Below, piece after piece: positions 61,912 to 64,000 of a stretch of 64,000 nt of DNA (position 1 is the stretch's first letter; the number at the start of each line of letters is the position of its first letter). Below the pieces are notes generated by a model. It did not search any database. It was not told the origin of the DNA and was given only the letters and a program-made list of their open reading frames with translations. Both the position numbers and the translations under genes were made by a program. The DNA lies in contig JAISLY010000025.1 in the NCBI GenBank assembly GCA_031277035.1, positions 32,068-96,067 on the forward strand, given 5' to 3'. The stretch is from Coriobacteriales bacterium (GTDB lineage: Bacteria; Actinomycetota; Coriobacteriia; Coriobacteriales; UBA8131).

Positions 61912-63617
61912 ACATGGGATTCAAGACACGCCTCGGCTTTGTGAAGACGGGAACTATCCACGGTGTCGAGGCCTTACCGGTCATCGTCGAAGTCTCGGTC
62001 AGCTATGGAGGCTTGCCGGGGATACATATCGTCGGCATGCCGGATACGGCGATTAAGGAGGCAACGCGGAGGGTGCGGCAGGCTCTGCAATCGGCCCATT
62101 TTGAGATCAGCAACCACTACGTTGTCTTCAATCTCGCCCCCAGCAGCCTGAAGAAGGTGGGTTCCGGCTTCGATTTGCCAATCGCACTTGCCTATCTCGT
62201 CGCAACGGGGCAAATCAACGCACGCCTGATCGCCGACAGGCTCTGTGTCGGCGAACTTTCCCTCGGTGGCGACGTCAAGGCAGTCACGGGGCAGCTTGCC
62301 TACGAGAAACTCGCCCAGGAGCAGGGTTTGAGGCTCCTGACGGGGCCGACCGAGGCAGGAGTCTTTGAACGTCAGGGATTAGAGCATCGCTGCCTGGAAA
62401 ACCTTGCCGCTCTCAAACAAAGCGATTCGGAGGGAGAGGGCGTTTTCGTCGAGCCGTGGGAGGCAGCGACCTCAGAGATGACAAACCATACCGACTATTC
62501 CGACATCGCGGGCAACGACCTGGCAAAACGGGCCCTGCAGATTGCCGCGGCAGGAGGGCACGGCCTGCTTCTGGTGGGCCCCCCAGGCTCGGGAAAGTCG
62601 ATGATGGCGGCACGCCTGCCCTCCATCCTGCCACCTTTACCTGAGGAGGAGCGTCTGGGCACCGCGATGATACATTCGGTCGCCGGACTGCCGACCGCAC
62701 GCATACTGGCTGGTGAGCGACCCTTCCGCTCTCCACACCACGGGGCGTCACGAGCCGGTCTCATTGGTGGCGGCACGCCGACAGGGCCCGGAGAGGTCTC
62801 TCTCGCGCATAACGGAGTCCTCTTTCTGGACGAGCTGCCCGAATTCGGCGCAGCGGTGCTCCAGCTCCTGCGCCAGCCAATGGAGCAGGGAAGCGTTGCC
62901 CTTGCCCGGGCTGGCGGTACCGTCACCTTCCCCGCGCGCTTCATGTTCGTGGCTGCAGCCAACCCCTGCCCCTGCGGTTTTTACGGCGACCCCAAGCACT
63001 CCTGTCGATGCACACCTGCGCAGATCAGTCGCTATCAGGGAAAGGTCGGCGGCCCTTTGATGGACCGCATCAATCTCATCGTCGATGTTCGGCGCAGTGA
63101 TCCATCGCTTGTGCTCGACACGGGAACCGGAACCAGCTCCGCCCATCTCAGAGAAGGCGTGCTTGCAGCGCAGGCCTTTGCCCTCTGGCGGCGGGCACGG
63201 TATGCGGCGCGTGATTCTGGAGGAGCGGCGCCAGGCGCAGGCGCGGGCGCGGCGGAGTGCGGCACAGCGGGCGCGGGCGCGGGCGCAGCGGGATCGGCGG
63301 CTGGCGTTGGCGCTGAAGCAGGCGCGAGCGGGGCGGCGTTCGGCACAGCGGGCGCGGATGCAACGGGCGCGGAGGCTGACACGGGAAGCACTCAGGTAAG
63401 GATTGCACAGGGCGCTGCCCTGCTCGCCGCCTGCCAACTTGGCACCAAAGAGCGCTCGTGGCTCGAGCTGATGAGCGAACGCTATCAACTCAGTGGTCGC
63501 GGAATCATGAGCGCGCTGGCAGTCGCGCGCACTATCGCCGATATGGAGGAAAGCGAGAAGGTACACCAGGATCACCTGCTTGAGGCCGTCAGCTTTCGGG
63601 CGCGTGATGTTACATGA
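61908..63617 (+). CDS. comM: YifB/ComM-family Mg-chelatase-like AAA+ ATPase
   Basis: GVEALPVIVEVSVSYGLPG-type N-terminus, Walker A LLVGPPGSGKSM, VLFLDELPEF, and the CPCG zinc-ribbon region. Carries a G/A-rich insert. Confidence 0.9.
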   Translation: MNMGFKTRLGFVKTGTIHGVEALPVIVEVSVSYGGLPGIHIVGMPDTAIKEATRRVRQALQSAHFEISNHYVVFNLAPSSLKKVGSGFDLPIALAYLVATGQINARLIADRLCVGELSLGGDVKAVTGQLAYEKLAQEQGLRLLTGPTEAGVFERQGLEHRCLENLAALKQSDSEGEGVFVEPWEAATSEMTNHTDYSDIAGNDLAKRALQIAAAGGHGLLLVGPPGSGKSMMAARLPSILPPLPEEERLGTAMIHSVAGLPTARILAGERPFRSPHHGASRAGLIGGGTPTGPGEVSLAHNGVLFLDELPEFGAAVLQLLRQPMEQGSVALARAGGTVTFPARFMFVAAANPCPCGFYGDPKHSCRCTPAQISRYQGKVGGPLMDRINLIVDVRRSDPSLVLDTGTGTSSAHLREGVLAAQAFALWRRARYAARDSGGAAPGAGAGAAECGTAGAGAGAAGSAAGVGAEAGASGAAFGTAGADATGAEADTGSTQVRIAQGAALLAACQLGTKERSWLELMSERYQLSGRGIMSALAVARTIADMEESEKVHQDHLLEAVSFRARDVT

Positions 63618-64000
63618 TACGCAGGGCGCGAAACGAAATTGGGGCCGAGCAGTCCGACTTTCCCGAAAGTCTCTTTAACGTCGAAAGCCCACCCGAGCGC
63701 ATCTACGTAGTCGGCGAGCCTTCTGTGCTCGCCAAGCCGGCATTGGCCATCGTTGGAGCCCGCAAAGCGACTCCCTACGGTTTGCAGGCTGCGCAACGAT
63801 TCGCGCGCATAGCTGCCCTGCACGGACTTGTCGTCGTCTCAGGAGGGGCCATCGGCTGCGATCAGGCGGCGCATCGAGGCGCGCTTGAGGCCGGCGGCAA
63901 AACCGTTGTCGTCTTAGGCTGTGGAGCCGATGTTGTCTATCCGGCAGGAGCTCAGGTGCTCTTCAGGCGAATACTTGAGGAGGGCGGCGTCATGCTCTCC
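63614..64000 (+). CDS. dprA: DNA-processing protein DprA (5' part, continues beyond the window)
   Basis: My translation from ATG 63614 (an ATGA overlap with the comM stop) gives MIRRARNEIGAEQSDFPESL...LAIVGARKATPYGLQAAQRFA...VVSGGAIGCDQAAHRGALEAGGKTVVVLGCG. Open to the window end. Confidence 0.85.
   Translation, partial: MIRRARNEIGAEQSDFPESLFNVESPPERIYVVGEPSVLAKPALAIVGARKATPYGLQAAQRFARIAALHGLVVVSGGAIGCDQAAHRGALEAGGKTVVVLGCGADVVYPAGAQVLFRRILEEGGVMLS

Noticed and set aside
1-64000. Search for tRNA, rRNA, tmRNA, integrase, prophage or conjugation genes
   Set aside because: I found no cloverleaf-like GTTCGAATC-type T-arm contexts, no rRNA-like stretches, and no integrase, recombinase, capsid or terminase-like translations. 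The only mobility gene seen is the Y1 transposase.

Overview
By eye this is a GC-rich chromosomal segment whose gene content looks like Coriobacteriia, probably Eggerthellaceae-like. The signs are Tat-exported fumarate-reductase-family flavoproteins paired with multi-TM LuxR regulators, a membrane pyrophosphatase, SpoVS, and many low-complexity inserts in housekeeping proteins.

Conserved core, mostly on the minus strand:
- a complete trpEGDCFBA operon with its own promoter, a Trp T-box leader and a terminator
- ribF-truB-nrnA-rbfA-infB-ylxR-nusA-rimP
- miaA-miaB-spoVS
- rplS-rnhB-yraN-comM-dprA

Accessory material:
- three Tat flavoprotein reductases with two membrane LuxR regulators
- a Y1 (RAYT/IS200-like) transposase flanked by inverted REP-like repeats
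- four type II toxin-antitoxin pairs or remnants
- a cell-wall-anchored adhesin
- a copper cluster (HxlR, UreH-like/cupredoxin protein, DUF2318 protein, CopA)
- a hybrid histidine kinase
- a PEP-utilising (rifampin-phosphotransferase-like) enzyme with a TetR regulator
- an orphan prepilin-type glycine-rich protein
- an AT-rich 3-gene island bracketed by duplicated hicAB sequence
- a GT1 glycosyltransferase
- a LytTR/DUF3021 pair
- a roughly 917-aa protein with an AAA+ C-terminal module

Most unusual observations:
1. The same REP-like palindromic element that flanks the RAYT gene sits in frame inside both trpF and trpC. Its 31-bp core is flipped between the two copies.
2. The AT-rich island of three unrecognisable genes lies between an intact and a decayed hicAB copy.
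3. A large kinase-like/AAA+ fusion protein sits next to a TA pair, in an islet wedged between core operons.
4. A G13 homopolymer lies inside the pilin-like glycine-rich gene.

I saw no rRNA, tRNA or CRISPR array. All family assignments come from motif recognition by eye, not from searches.
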